The notes beneath the pieces are model-generated. The model was given only the letters and a program-made list of their open reading frames with translations, did no database searches and was not told the DNA's origin. Below, one piece after another: positions 25,550 to 38,487 of a stretch of DNA of 64,000 nt (position 1 is the first letter of the stretch; every line of letters begins with the position of its first letter). The position numbers and the translations under genes are program-made. Where the stretch lies: the NCBI GenBank assembly GCA_028534125.1, contig CM052816.1, positions 86,864,001-86,928,000 on the forward strand. The letters run 5' to 3'. The stretch is from Lama glama (lineage: Eukaryota).

Positions 25550-27500
25550 TAAGCATTCCACAAAGCTAAGTATGACAATTAGGGAGAAAATAGCTTATAC
25601 AGAAAATAACTAGGAGAGAAGGTCAAGATCAAATGCATGAGGATGAAATTTGTAAAAATGGGAAGATACTGAGTTGGACACTGTTTCTGAAGGAAATGCA
25701 ATAGAAAAGACTTTACACCAGAAACAATGAACTAACTTTAATAGTCAGAAGATATTACTATTATTAACATTTTGTTAAGGAGATGAATAAAAGTAAAAAT
25801 AGTGCTTAGAGAAAAAACAAATCTGAAAAAGTTCAAATTTAAAAATAAAAGGAAATTTACTATAAAATTAAGACTCTAAATGACCTGACTTCAGAAATAC
25901 TAAAAATAAACAGTATTTTGATGTTGAAATGTAATTAATATCAAAAAGTAAAAGGGGAAGGGAAAAGGATTTGTCAAGAAATATTTCTCTGCATGTGAAG
26001 AATACAAACATAAATCACTTGAGAATAAGCAAGAAGATAGCTTTTCAAAGATTTAATCCTACATTCCACAAATGTATCAAAGATTTGCAGAAAATTATTT
26101 TCACTTATGGATTTTCACTTGAAGAATTCAATGTAGCTATCTACTGCCCCTTTCTCTTGAGTTATTCATTCAAATTACAAAACATGTGCACAATCCATAT
26201 CTACATTCTCTATCTCTGAACTGTCCCCCGCACACAGGAATGAGTACCAATATTTTACTAAAATATTTTTAGGGACGCAAGAAAAAACAATGCACAAAAA
26301 CATAATAAAAACAATACAAATAAATATAAACAAACAGACCTTCCCATATAGAGACTTTCTGATTCAATAAGCAAACAAAACCAGACAACATACTACTTAA
26401 AAGAACTGCATCTAAAATATAACAATTAAAAATTTTAATTGAAAAAGGGAGCATTATATGTCTGGCAAAAAGTAACCAAATGAGCACATCTATTAATATA
26501 AATACCTACAGATATTTAAGATAATTTATTAATCAAGCAAGAAATTAGAAAATGATAGTAAAAAACATCACACAATGATGTAGGAATAATAAATTAATAG
26601 AAATATAAGGAAAACTTAAGAAAATTACAATATCTGGAAGGAACTGTGAGCAAGAAAAGAAAAATTCAAAATCATGAGAAAGCTAATATTTAAGAGGTGC
26701 AATTAATACACCAAGAGGATATACATATACGTATATATTCAAATAAACTTCAGAAAATTTATAAAATGAAACGTAATCTGTTGCAAAAGAAATCTCAGTG
26801 GCTAAAAAGTGATTATGATGTAATGAAAAACAAAAAATTCTAAACAAAGTAGAATAAAAAGTATGAATCAACAAAAAGAATGAGAAAAAATGCCTTTCAT
26901 GCATGGCTATAAAAATGAAATGTATTTATAATACAGACATTGAAGAGTCAAATATTATTGGATATTAAATACTTAAAACTGAATAGTAATAAAAATACTG
27001 TATATAAAAACAAGTGGCTCACAGTTAACAAAGTAGGTGGAAATTAATTTATTAAAAATATATAGACAATGTGTTAATTTTGCAATGCAACAAGCCAAAA
27101 AAGGAACAAAATAACAAAAATGTAAAGTAGAAGTAATAAATATAAAAAAAAGCACTTCGAGTCTAATCAAGACTTCACAATAAATACCTTACCATGTTGT
27201 ATCTTGTCACAGATAAACTTTATATACAAAACCTAAAAAATATTATAAACAAAATTTTACCTGTTAATATAAAAATTGCAGTCTTAGAGGTGATTTTACA
27301 TGTTAAAACCATACAGAACTTCTAAAAATCAACAAGTAAAAAAAAAAACACTTTGTACAGGCAATCAATTCATAAATGAAGAAAATGATTGGTTTATAAA
27401 GCTTGATCACAAGATGCACCATATAAATGACAAGGAAAAACAGAGAGCATTATACACCAAGTTGTTGAATATCTTGGAAAATAACTTTACAATGTACACT
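25550..27500 (+). mobile_element. Heavily decayed old L1/HAL1-like sequence (ORF1/ORF2 remnants)
   Basis: Strongly A-rich sense strand with L1M-like phrases (gaggtgcaattaatac, ttattggatattaaatac). Leads into the L1ME 3' end at 27550. Confidence 0.45.
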
Positions 27501-27549
27501 GAATTTTAGATGAGCGTTATAGAAGTTCTACATATCTATCTATAACCAT

Positions 27550-28140
27550 AGATTAAAAAAAATTCTCCCAAATATGCACAAAGAATGTGTACAAACATAC
27601 TGACAGCAGCATAACTTGCAGACCCAAGATAGGAAACATTGGTGTGTTCAACAAGAGAATGTAGAACATATAAGACATCTTAATATCCATATAATAAAAT
27701 ACTATATCTAACTAAAATAACAAATAGAGTTACAGGAATGAATATAGCAGAACCTAATGTTGAGAGCACTTTGCAATGCGTGTGTTATGATAAACTTTAT
27801 GTAAAGTTTAGAGATGCCCCCGCCAAATCTAGATATTTTTCATAGATTCAATCATATAATTAAGCCATAAAAGCTAGGTCTAGAAGGACACAAAGCACTT
27901 GTTTGTCATGACCCTGCTATGAGTTAGCAGAAGGAAGAGAAGGAAATAAGAATATGGGACTGGAGAGCTATAAAAACAGAGCTGCAATTCCACTTAAAAT
28001 TTATATTTCAAAATATGCTGAAGTAATACACATTACTAAGAGTTACTAAACCTGATTGGTTTGTGCATGGATGTTTCTTATGCTATTCTCTGCACTTTGT
28101 ATAGTTATATCATATTATATCATATGTAAAAATACTAAAA
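27550..28140 (+). mobile_element. L1ME3/4-like 3' end
   Basis: aattctcccaaatatgcacaaaga...cagcagcataacttg...atccatataataaaatactat...ttgtgcatggatgtttcttatgctattctctgcactttgtatag. Confidence 0.7.
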
Positions 28141-28294
28141 ATAAGTGCCATATCCCACATAATTTTTGATACTGCTCTTGGCAAAAAAGAGTATTACTTA
28201 ATGTATCAACAACATTCTCTTCATTATAGCAGTTTCCAATGTGAAGTTAAGAACATTTTGTACCAATAACTGATCACACATAGAAAAATACAAC

Positions 28295-28415
28295 TTTAGT
28301 CAATATAATTTGTTGGGTGCCTATTTATGCTAGCTGTCTTGGTGTGTGTTTAACAATGAGCAAGACTTAATTACTGATCTCAAGGAATTTATATTCTGGT
28401 GGGAAATACAAATAA
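28295..28415 (-). mobile_element. L2 3' end fragment
   Basis: atttgttgggtgcctatttatgctag...aacaatgagcaagac...tctcaaggaatttatattctggtggga. Confidence 0.7.
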
Positions 28416-29599
28416 TGAGGCATCTACCCTTAAATTGAGGTATATTTTCATTTTAAAATTATTATTTTGCTGTGTTGGTATGACCTTTATTTAAATTAAT
28501 CATTTGAACTTATAGCTTTCAGCAAGTGGTAAATGATGCAAGGTTTAAAGGAAAAAAAAAAAGGCACTGAGGTGATGCCCCACAGGTGACTGAGAATGGA
28601 GACCTTCATCTGCTTCTAAAAACTAATTTCTATCAAGAGGGGTGGAAATGTGTCTAAGGTTAGTAAAGACAGTCATGTGAGGATAGAATAAAAGAATGCC
28701 AGGAGAGGCAAGAGCTCACTGGGCACCTCTGGGACTGTAGCTCAGTCTGACTGATGATTATACCTTTGAGGAAGAAAGCTCCCATCTCAGTACTTCCTTC
28801 AAAATTTCATGCCCATTTAGCTCTTGGCCAGAAGAGAATTCTGAGAAATGTAGTTCTCATCCTAAAAGCAGCAAGAGCACCAATGTGGCAAAAATGATAG
28901 AGTACACATACTATGTACTTGCTTTCCAAAATACATTTATCAATTAAGGAAGCAACCATATCTGATCCATAAGTTTTTGCCCTACTAAATGCATGTAGGC
29001 TCAGAGTTTTCAAATAAAGGAAAGAAAAACTTATGTGGAAAAAGGAAAGTATATCTATTAGAATCTTGTGAAAAAGTACTGTATACAACACTGTTTATAT
29101 TTTTCCATGTAAAAATAATAATTGCTTTCTTCTCAATATTTTTGAGCACAGTGATGTTATACATTTTATTCACTTTAAAGTATGATGGTTTTTTGAAAGA
29201 TTGGTTATTATACTACCAACTTTCAGAATACTATGTTTGAATATTGGTTAATACCTGAACACAATACCTATACAAATTTACTGTCATACAGCTTGGCTTT
29301 GAGGCCCAGAGATGAAAGAAAGAGCAAGGCACACTTATGGAAATGAAAATCTGCTGTGGTTTGAGGGGTACTTCCAAACAGGAAAAGGGCAAAAAGTGAG
29401 GCTTGTCGCCAGTCAGGAGCCAAATGGAGAAAGGTATCCATGTGCTTTGTTAAGGAGTTTCCGTATTAATGTAAGTGAACTCAAGTGATACTGAAGAGCT
29501 GTAAGCAGTGGAGGAAAGAAAAAAATGGGAAATACATCATTTAAAAAAGCATTTTTGAAATATATTGATAACATATTTGAAAATATAAAAAATGACATC

Positions 29600-30045
29600 C
29601 AGGAGAATAAATGCAGTGTGGCTTCAATTCAGATGTCAGATAGTGACCTAGGATAGAGAAAGGGTCACTAGAATAGTGGAGAGTAGATGAACCAGAGAAT
29701 TTTTATGAAGAAAAAAATCAATATAACACATTAGTTTATTAAATGTTTTGAATAAAGACAATACAGTAATTAAACCTGTGACAAATATGCAGAGGTTATT
29801 GACATTTATAGAAACAGAAAACTAAAATGCAGTAAAGTATGTGGCATAGCTGATCAGTTTTGTATGTACTGTGTCTATGTATATGTGGCCATTCAGGTAG
29901 CCTATTGTAAGTCATCAAATGCAGTGCACTAAAATTAAAAAAAAAAGATGTCAGGAGTATAGATGTAGATTTTTACAGAGCATATCAATGGATTGGATCA
30001 CCTAAGGAGCATATATAAAATGAGAAGACACAAAGTCTAAGAAGC
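29600..30045 (-). mobile_element. L2 fragment
   Basis: cagatgtcagatagtgacctagga...gagtagatgaaccagagaatttt...ggagtatagatgtagattt...atggattggatcacctaaggagcatatataaaatgagaaga. Confidence 0.6.
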
Positions 30046-30924
30046 AGGAGGAACAAAATGTGAATATGTTAACTATTAAAGATCTCTGACACCAGAGGTT
30101 TAAACTACCTTATATTTAATTGGTCTCAATACAGAAAACTACCATAGGAATTATAAAATCTATCACCAGTAGTTGATAATATACAAAATAAGGAAAATGT
30201 TATGCCAATTAAGATTTATCAGAATTAAATGTACTGTGTAGATTGCATGTCAAAATCAATGTCATTCTAAGGTACATTACAATTAATATTCAAACCAAGT
30301 CATGAACCTGTGTTCATGATATCTATTGACTCAACAAAACCTGATGGCATTCACAAACATCTTGGGATGATAATTCTTGGTTTAAATATGGTATGCCATG
30401 ATTTCTTTTGTTCTGTATAAATAAAGCAATTGGAAATAAACTATAAAGTTATATATTTTAATTTATTATTTACTTTTTGCACTGTAACAATGATATGTAT
30501 AAAAAAAACTATGCCAAACCCATTATAATATGCTGGCATGCTACAAGGCATATAGAAATTCTACCATAATAAAGCCAAAACTCTGTGTTAAAATGAAAGT
30601 GACAGCACAAAAAGCCTCTGGGCAGAACTACCTCTTCCACCTGATCTATGGGAAACAAAAGGGACAAATTTACTTCAGAAAATGTGCTTATGTTCCAATA
30701 TGTAGGAGTCAATAGGTAATTCTAAATTCTCTATGATCTGATTTCATTTGTAAAAGTACTTAAAGTCAACAGCATTGCATATATAGGAAACATGTTATTA
30801 CAAACATATTCTTCATATAAATTATATTATTTATTTAACTTCTACACATTTAAGGATTTTTCTAACTTCCAAATATTTTCTTGTGGTTATTACTTATTTT
30901 ATATAAGTAAAGATAAACCTTGAA

Positions 30925-31400
30925 TTTTTTATTGATGTATAAATTACGTATAGCAGAAAATAATAGAACCAAAAAATATAGAATCTAATGAATTTTCACT
31001 ACCTGACCTAACTCACATTAAAAATACCCAGATCAAGAAATAGAACATTAGCCACATCACAGAGTTCTCTTCCGACCATTTTATTACTCTTCTCTTAAGA
31101 GTTATACTGATTTTGAGCATTGTACATTAGCTTAGCTTGTTTTTGAACTCTATACAAATTTAACACTACTGTTTATACACATATATGTTTGGTTTTCCCC
31201 TTAATATAGTATGAAAGAAATCCCTTTAGTTGTAGTTTATTTATTCTTATTTCACCACACTATGCCACTGTGTGAGTATACCACATTGTACTCATCTGTT
31301 TTTCTGTTGACAGACATTTGCCTCATTTCCCTTTTACATCTACTATGAACAGCAAAGATAACAACTTTTTTTCAGTGAAGATATAAGAGTGTTTTTATTG
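30925..31400 (-). mobile_element. L1ME-like 3' end
   Basis: ttttttattgatgtataaattacgtatag...atgaattttcac...acccagatcaagaaatagaacattagc...gtgtgagtataccacatt...ttctgttgacagacatttg. Confidence 0.8.
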
Positions 31401-31677
31401 GAGACATCACCATGAGCTTTAAAGCACCACGTAATCACAAAGAAGTTACAGTGTTTCTTCCTCTTGAGAGATGAAGGCTTGCATTATCTTCAACAGATAG
31501 ATTAAGAACCTAAGAATTAAGAGTATTAACTAACTTGTAAAGACACATGGAAAGTGTCACACAGAAGAGCAGAGTCATTATATACATAAACGGTACCCAG
31601 GGATCACAGCTATTACGGGTTCTGGGTACTTTGAGAGGACATAGAATGATTAAAATGGGAAATGGTAGTTTAATTGA

Positions 31678-32250
31678 TGCAGTGGGCAGAATTCCAAGAT
31701 GGCTTTCAAGATTTCCACCCTCTGTATAATTCCCTCTCCTTGAGTGAGATGGGACCTGTGATTATGGAACATGTGAATATGATGGATAGGATTCCCATGA
31801 TTATTCTATTTTACATGGGAAAAAGGAGGGATATTTTAAAGATACTAGTAAAGGCTCTAATAGCTTGATGCTGAGTTAGTTAGAAGGAAGAGTCTCCTAA
31901 ACATTAGGTCTAGGCTAGCTGAGTCCTGTCAAACAGGGTCTAGAAGTCAGAGACAATTCTGCTGTTGGGGACTGCTTATGGAAAAAGTAACCTCTAGGAG
32001 CTGAGAGACTTAAACATATGTCAAGAAACTAAATTTGGCCAACACTATGAAAAAAACTTGAAAAAGGACTCTTAGATGCAAATGAAAACATTGCCTCATC
32101 AACGCCTTGATTGCTGCTGTCTGAGAATTTGAAGAGATAGTTCCCCTAAATATGCCTTGACTCCTAACACATGAAACTATGAGATAAAGTGAGTGTTTAT
32201 TAGGAAGCTATCTGTCATAATTTGTTACACAGAAACAGAAAGCCACTATT
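31678..32250 (+). mobile_element. 5' LTR of a MaLR provirus (MLT1E-like)
   Basis: tgcagtgggcagaattccaagatggc...tgtataattccctctccttgagtg...ctctaggagctgagag...ccttgattgc...gaaactatgagataaa...taatttgttacacagaaacagaaa. Confidence 0.85.
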
Positions 32251-32278
32251 AATTAAAAAAAATTAGCCACTATTAATT

Positions 32279-33655
32279 TTGGTATAAGAATGGTGTGGAG
32301 CTATAACAAATACCTCAAATGTGGGAGAAGCTTTGAAACTGGGCAATGGGCTCTGATAGAATTTGAGACTACATGATAGAGAAAGCGTAAATAAATTTGA
32401 CATACTGTTAGCAGAAATCTGCATACTGAGGAAGCTAAAGACTCAGAAGGAATACAGGAATATGTTACTGAGGAATTAGAGAAAGTGAGATCCTTGTTTT
32501 TTGCCTTGTTATGTATATAGTGGCAGAAAACAGCAAAATTCTGGCCTGCAGTTATACAAAAGGGAAACATGTAAGGCATTAACTTGAATAGACCAAAGAA
32601 GATTGCCAAGCAAAATGGTGAAGGGGTTGCCTGGTTTCTCCTTAACACTTACAGTAAAATGTGAGGAAAAGGGGGAAATGGAGGGATGAATAGTTAAACA
32701 TAAGGAACTGGGGTGGGATGATTTTGAAAATTCTCAGCCTTTCACAAAGGCAAAGATGCTAAAATTTAGAAATGACTAAGGAAAGCACAGCAAAGAGAAC
32801 AGGCTGAGTATGTAACTGTACAACCTTTCGCTAAAACTTCACAAAGATCAAAAGGTCAGAATACAAAGTAACCCAAAAAGTCTTCTGCAGAGATTAAGAC
32901 TATGCATCACAGAACCTCTCAAATAAACCAGAGAGTCCCTAGGAAGGACACTGTCTTTCATCCATCTCAGCAGGAGTCAAATATAGAGAAAAGATTATCT
33001 CAAAGAATGTGTAGCTGTGGCTTCTGTCTAATGAATTTAATACCTGTGAAATCCATGAGGGCTCACAGAGTTCTTGAGAAAATTTTTTCAACAGAACTAC
33101 TGTTAGCTTGGACTGAAAAGGATAGAATATATAATGGAATCAGGCTATCATTCTCACTTTTTTTTTGTTTTTCAGGAAGGAGCATGAGAAAACTACTCAG
33201 GTATAAACATATAATGCCCTTCATGAAAAGGAATGATGATACAGAGGGTGGAACCAAGAACCCAGAAGTGGAGCCAAGTGTCATGGAGGATTATTTTCAG
33301 ATCTTGAAACTTAATCAAGGAAAACATTTGCCAACATTCGCCCTGCTGGATTTCAGGACTCTTAGGATCCCATGGCACATTTGTATCTTCCTTTCTTTTT
33401 CTTTTCAAATCAAATATCTGTAACTATTATAGACCCACCTGATCCAACATTTATATTGGGAGAGTTAGGGACCCTTAGATCTGTTCAAAATGGAGACTAC
33501 TTGTGCTCCAAGACCTGTACTTAGATGACTCAGATGATGAGATTAAAGACTTTGAGATGATACTGTAATGAAATAAGAGACTTGAGAACTTCTTTTGAGA
33601 ATGAATATATTTTGAAAGTGGGAGGGAAGTAAAACATGAGGTATAGAAGATGGAC
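32279..33655 (+). mobile_element. MaLR internal region (MLT1E-int-like), about 1.4 kb
   Basis: Starts ttttggtataagaatggtgtggagctataacaaatacctcaaatgtgggagaagctttgaaactgggcaatggg. Ends gaatgaatatattttgaaagtgggagggaagtaaaacatgaggtatagaagatggac, a purine-rich tract directly before the 3' LTR. Confidence 0.85.
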
Positions 33656-34566
33656 TGTGGTAGTCAGAATGGTAAAATGGCCCCTAAGATTAGATCTCTG
33701 TTCCCTGGAATACACCGTGCTATATAAACTGAATGTGTGTGTCTCCTCAAGTTCTTACATTAAAATGTGATGAGATAAGACACGGTGCCTTTCGGAGATG
33801 CTTAGCATTAGCTTCACCCCCTTGAATAGGATTAGTGAGTGCCCACATAAGAGTCAGGAGAGAGACTGCTTCCTCTGTCTGCTCTCTGCCACATGAGGAT
33901 ACAATAAGAAGTTGGTAGTCTGCAGCCCAGAATAGAGTTCTCGTGGGAACTGGCCAACCTAGCACACTGATATTGAACTTGCAATCACCAGAACTGTAAG
34001 GAAGAAATTTCTGTAACTTATGTATCAGAAAGACTACAGTATTTTGTTACAACAACTGTACTGAGTAAGATACACTCCTGGTATAATTCATCATTTTGAT
34101 TGTGGACAGGGCTTCTTACATGGAGAAGGGATATTTTAAGGCCTGTAATGACATGCATTGAGTTAATCAAAAAGAAAATTAATCTTGGTGAGCCTCACTT
34201 TAATAGGTAAGCCCTAAAATAATGGCTTAGACATCAGAGAGCCTTTAATGATGGCTCTGAAGAAGCAAATAGCCACGTTGTCAGCTTCCTTCAGAGAGGG
34301 CTGATCTTTAAAAGCTGAAGGCCTCAGAACTGCAACTTCAAGGAACTGAAGTTTACCCTCAACTTGAATGACCTTAGAAGGGCTCCCCAGGCTCCAGATA
34401 AAAAGTAGCTTGCTCTTCACCTTGATTGCAGCCTTCTGAGCTCTTGTGCAGAGGACCCCAGATAAGGTATGACTGGGCTCTTGACTCACAGAAACTGTAA
34501 TACGTGTGTTTTGTTAAGACACAGAATTTGTGGTGATTTGTTATGCTACAATAGAAAACTAGTAGA
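33656..34566 (+). mobile_element. 3' LTR of the MaLR provirus (MLT1E-like), interrupted by an MLT1A-like LTR
   Basis: tgtggtagtcagaatggtaaaatggcccctaagatt...[insert]...gagttaatcaaaaagaaaatt...caccttgattgcagccttctgag...ttgtggtgatttgttatgctacaatagaaaactagtaga. Confidence 0.85.
33718..34072 (+). mobile_element. Nested MaLR solo LTR (MLT1A-like)
   Basis: tgctatataaactgaatgtgtgtgtctcctcaag...ctgccacatgaggatacaa...cagaactgtaaggaagaaatttctg...cagtattttgttacaacaactgtactgagtaagata. Degenerate 5-bp TSD caccg/cactc. Confidence 0.85.
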
Positions 34567-34744
34567 GATGAGACCTGAGAAAAAAAAAGTAGAATTTAAA
34601 GTATTTGTCCAGGGGAAGACAGGAAAAGGACACTGTAGTCAAGGGAAATAATACCCATTTAATCTAAGAGGCAGGAAATTTCAGGGCATTTTATAAACTG
34701 AAATTATTTCAATATGATTAGAAAAAAATTAAAAGGGAGTAGTG

Positions 34745-34970
34745 GCAACAATATTGCTGATGTTTTAGACACTGTGCCAAATGTTTTGCATATATTAATT
34801 CATTTAATTTTCATGATAACATTATCAAGTAGGTCCTACTCTTGTCGCCATTTTACAGATGAAGGAATTGAGGTAGAGAAAGGTTTTATGTAACTTGCCC
34901 AAAGTCACAAATGTAATAATTGGTATAAGCAGGATTCAAATGCAGATAGTCTATCTACTGAGAGCTATGG
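34745..34970 (-). mobile_element. MIR SINE
   Basis: agacactgtgccaaatgttttgcatatattaattcatttaattttcat...ccattttacagatgaaggaattgaggtagaga...taacttgcccaaagtcaca...caggattcaaatgcagatagtct. Confidence 0.9.
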
Positions 34971-35767
34971 ATGAAGCTTTATTACAAAGATTTAAGGGAC
35001 AGAGAATTTCAGAGGATTGTTTATTAACAAAAATGACTCATCTAACTCAATCCTTATAACCAGAGTCTTACATAAAATCCTAAGATTAAAAAAAGAGAAC
35101 AGGATAAAAACTTTCAGACATAGTTATATAATTTAAATGCTAAAACCCTGCCAGGTACTAGTAAAACATGGATGTGAAGGCTTCCAAGCAAAGTCCAAGC
35201 TTTATGAAGATAATGCATGCTACGGAAAAGTGTCAAAGAATTAGAAGCTGGTGAAAAGCAAAACACAGAGAAAAACATTGTAGTTTCACAATGTACATAG
35301 GAGTCATGTTATTTTACACCATGTAAACCGTTGACACTAAAATTGACATAACACTACCTATCATTTTTATTATTTGATTAAAGTATAGATTTTAATTATG
35401 CAAATTTGGAGTATATAGGGTAAACTCAAAAAAGCATTTCCAAGAAGTTATGATATCCCTTCTATGCATTGTAAGATGAATAAAAAAATAAAGAAATGGA
35501 AGACCATTGAAGTGTTCTTAATACTGACTAGCCACAATATGTTTATTAGTCAAGGTACAAAGATGAATGTTTTAAAAGTATATTAACTATATTTTATAAA
35601 TAATATATATTCCTAAGTGTATAAAATCAACAAATCATTATAATTTTATATAGTATAGCACCTTAGCCCCCCATAACAATTTTTAATTTTCAGGTACAAA
35701 AGTTATATCAGGAAACAGGATAAACTGGTAAAGGAAATGTCTGTCTGTCTGTCTATCTGTCTATCTA

Positions 35768-36085
35768 TAATATTCAGCCATTAAAAAGAAGGAAATCCTA
35801 CTATTTGTGAAGACATGTACAAACATTGAGGACATTATGCTAAGTAAAATGAGTCAGACAGAGAAAGACAAATACTGTATGATCTCATTTACACGTGAAA
35901 TCTAAAAAAAAAAAAATTAAAGTAAAAAATATAAAGAACTGATTTTTGGTTGCCATAGCTGGGAGGTGGGTAGAATGGGTAAAAATGATCAAATTTACAA
36001 ACACCCAGTTATAAAATAAATAAGTCCTGGGGATATAATGTACAGCTTGGTGACTACAGCTAATACTACTGTATTGTTAAAAAAA
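35768..36085 (+). mobile_element. L1MA9-like 3' UTR fragment, preceded by (TGTC)n/(TATC)n at 35738-35767
   Basis: tattcagccattaaaaagaaggaaatcc...gaggacattatgctaagtaaaatgagtcagacagagaaagacaaatactgtatgatctca...cagttataaaataaataagtcctggggatataatgtacagcttggtgactacag. Confidence 0.9.
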
Positions 36086-36149
36086 ATTATGCCAAGGCAA
36101 GAGGCATAAACTAAACTAGCCCAGACAAGATAATCTGCTTTGTATGATT

Positions 36150-36345
36150 ACCTAATCACAGAAGACCTTAAAGGCAGGATATGGAATTTGAACTTGACCT
36201 CATCATAAGTGGGAGCTATTGAAAGTTCTAAGCAGAATACCAAAACCTGATAAAATTAGTGCTTAAGAACGTTAAGGAAGCAGGAGGCTTAGATAGATTA
36301 GAAGAGACAGGCTAGAGGCAGAAAAGCAGAGAAATACCAAGAGGA
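36150..36345 (-). mobile_element. L2 fragment
   Basis: atcacagaagaccttaaaggcaggatatggaatttgaacttgacctca...gggagctattgaaagttctaagcag...gagacaggctagaggcagaaaagcag. Confidence 0.7.
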
Positions 36346-36425
36346 TTAAATTGGGGAAATGAGAAGGAAGATAAAGTGTGAAATGAGAAGCACTCCCCCA
36401 AGACAACTCCAAATAAACTTTCCAA

Positions 36426-36478
36426 AGAAAGGAAGGAAGGAAGAAATGAAGGAACGAAGGAAGGAAAGAAGGAAAGGC
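36426..36478. repeat. (GGAA)n-like simple repeat
   Basis: Direct reading: gaaaggaaggaaggaagaaatgaaggaacgaaggaaggaaagaaggaaagg. Confidence 0.85.
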
Positions 36479-38039
36479 AAGCCTCACTTATACTTCACTT
36501 TAGAACCCACAAACCTGAATTTCTCCTTCATGGTTAAAAAAAACATGGGTAGAAAAGCAATTCAAAACAGTCTATAGAAGTTGGAGTGATTGTATCTGTC
36601 TTCTTTCCTAAGTGTTCTCAGTATGTACTAGCTGAGCTTCAGATGTATGTCTGCACAAATACGTTAGGACACAAACTACTAAAAGCAGTTAGCACACAAT
36701 AATGGCCATTACTTGATCTTAGGACTTGTGTGGTTAGTTCAGGATTGTTCAGTATTTAATGGCATATCTATATATTCTCTCTCTCTCTGTATTTTGTTTC
36801 ACATACATTTCTCAATCATTAATCTTCGTACTTTTTCTTAAATCACATAGCTTTGCCTTTTCACACCAATCGTCTTTCTGCCACCTTCTTTAATTTGCAA
36901 AGCTAATATATGCAATAATTTTTCAGTTTATTACCATGTAGCCTCACATAATCATCATTTTCCTTTAAGCTTCTAGAGTTTCTTTATGTTTATTTTATAT
37001 ATAATGTCCAATCTTTTAGCTGTACTTTTCAAGAGTAAATGGAAAATTTTATCTTTTTTCCCTGCCCTGGAACTGGATAGTCCCTCACTCTCTTACCTCT
37101 TTAACTATGATTTTTTACTATGATTTTTTTTAGAATATTAATTTGGCAAAAATGTCTAAGCCAATTGCAGACACATACTCACAATTTTATTTATTATTCC
37201 TGGTTGTGTAATTTCAGTAACTTCAACAAACTTTTACTACTATTTGACAAATATTATTCATTATAAAATTTGTCTCATAGAAATATAAGTATCCTATAAC
37301 TCTTGATCCTTATCAAAGAGGAGCCACTTCAGCATTATTCTTCATTCTTCTACTACTTCTGTCCACAAATTACCTCTAGCTTATTATAAAGATTCCTGTC
37401 CAATAGGAAGTTGTTAATGCAGTTCTATAAATAAATTGTGCAAACTTCAAAGCTAATCATTTCGGATTGCACAACTGTGACCGTCACATAGAACTATCTA
37501 AAGACACCACATTATAAGGTTGTCCCCTCATCATGATGTCTATAGTGAGGTGGAAAGATCCTCCCACAAACATGAGAGCCCAGGCTAGGGGTACCTGAAT
37601 CCTTGGTCGTCTACTACCCTCTGCATTCTCATAGGTACATTATTTCTCCAAAAGTCACTAGCAATCAAGTGGAAGACAGGGTTTAAGTTTGACCTAAAAG
37701 TAATATCTGTGGTATGAAAAGAATTAAGTTTTTTAAATCTGTGATTTAGAGCCCTATGACGTTGTCTCCATGGAATATCAAATCATCCATGACTTTTACT
37801 AATGATATAGCATTTCATGTATATCACATTATGCCTTTGGCTTAAACGTATATTCAGAATCAGCTAATGCAATTCAAATAAAAACTCCATGTATTATTAC
37901 AATATTTTTATAACATACTAAAATCTTCACAAAGGTCACAATCATCATTCTGTAATAGTTCACTTTTGTTTTGTTTTAATTTTGTGAGGAACTATGACAA
38001 AATTAATTGGTAGTGTAAACTGGTAAGAAAGAGAACATA

Positions 38040-38232
38040 ACTACTTAAAATGACATAGACTCTAAGTGTGGGACTCTAGGATTTCTGTGAAGGGTAAGTT
38101 TACCTCTGCACATTTGTTTCCTCATCTGGAAATGGAATTTACAACAGGACCTATCTTAGAGCTCTTGTGAGTGTTAAATAAATTAATAGTGTATAATTTC
38201 ATGGATCAGTGCTTGACAAATGGTAGTCTCAT
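38040..38232 (+). mobile_element. MIR SINE
   Basis: tacctctgcacatttgtttcctcatctggaaatggaattt...acctatcttagagctcttgtgagtgttaaataaattaata...cagtgcttgacaaatggtagtctca. Confidence 0.8.
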
Positions 38233-38329
38233 GAAGTGACAGAGTAGATTGAGTTTAGATTTGAAAGATTCATATTTGATCTCTTTCTTTTACATTACAT
38301 TGATGATCCTCATGATTGCAGTGTAGCTC

Positions 38330-38487
38330 TTTGATGCTTAGAATGTGGTCGATGAATGTATGCATTAACCAGAATCTTGTTAGAAAGTCAGAACTTGGGG
38401 TATAATCTCAAGCCTCTGAATATATGATTTAAATTTTAATAATGTTAGGTGATTCCCATGCACATAAAAGTTCATGAATTACCGATG
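38330..38487. mobile_element. MER5A-like DNA transposon remnant
   Basis: aatgtggtc...gcattaaccagaatcttgttagaaagtcagaact...ttttaataatgttaggtgattcccatgcacataaaagttcatgaa. Confidence 0.75.

Noticed and set aside
32902..33423. 173-aa ORF as a host gene
   Set aside because: It lies wholly inside a decayed MaLR internal region, with no recognisable domain, promoter or splice context. Not called as a CDS.
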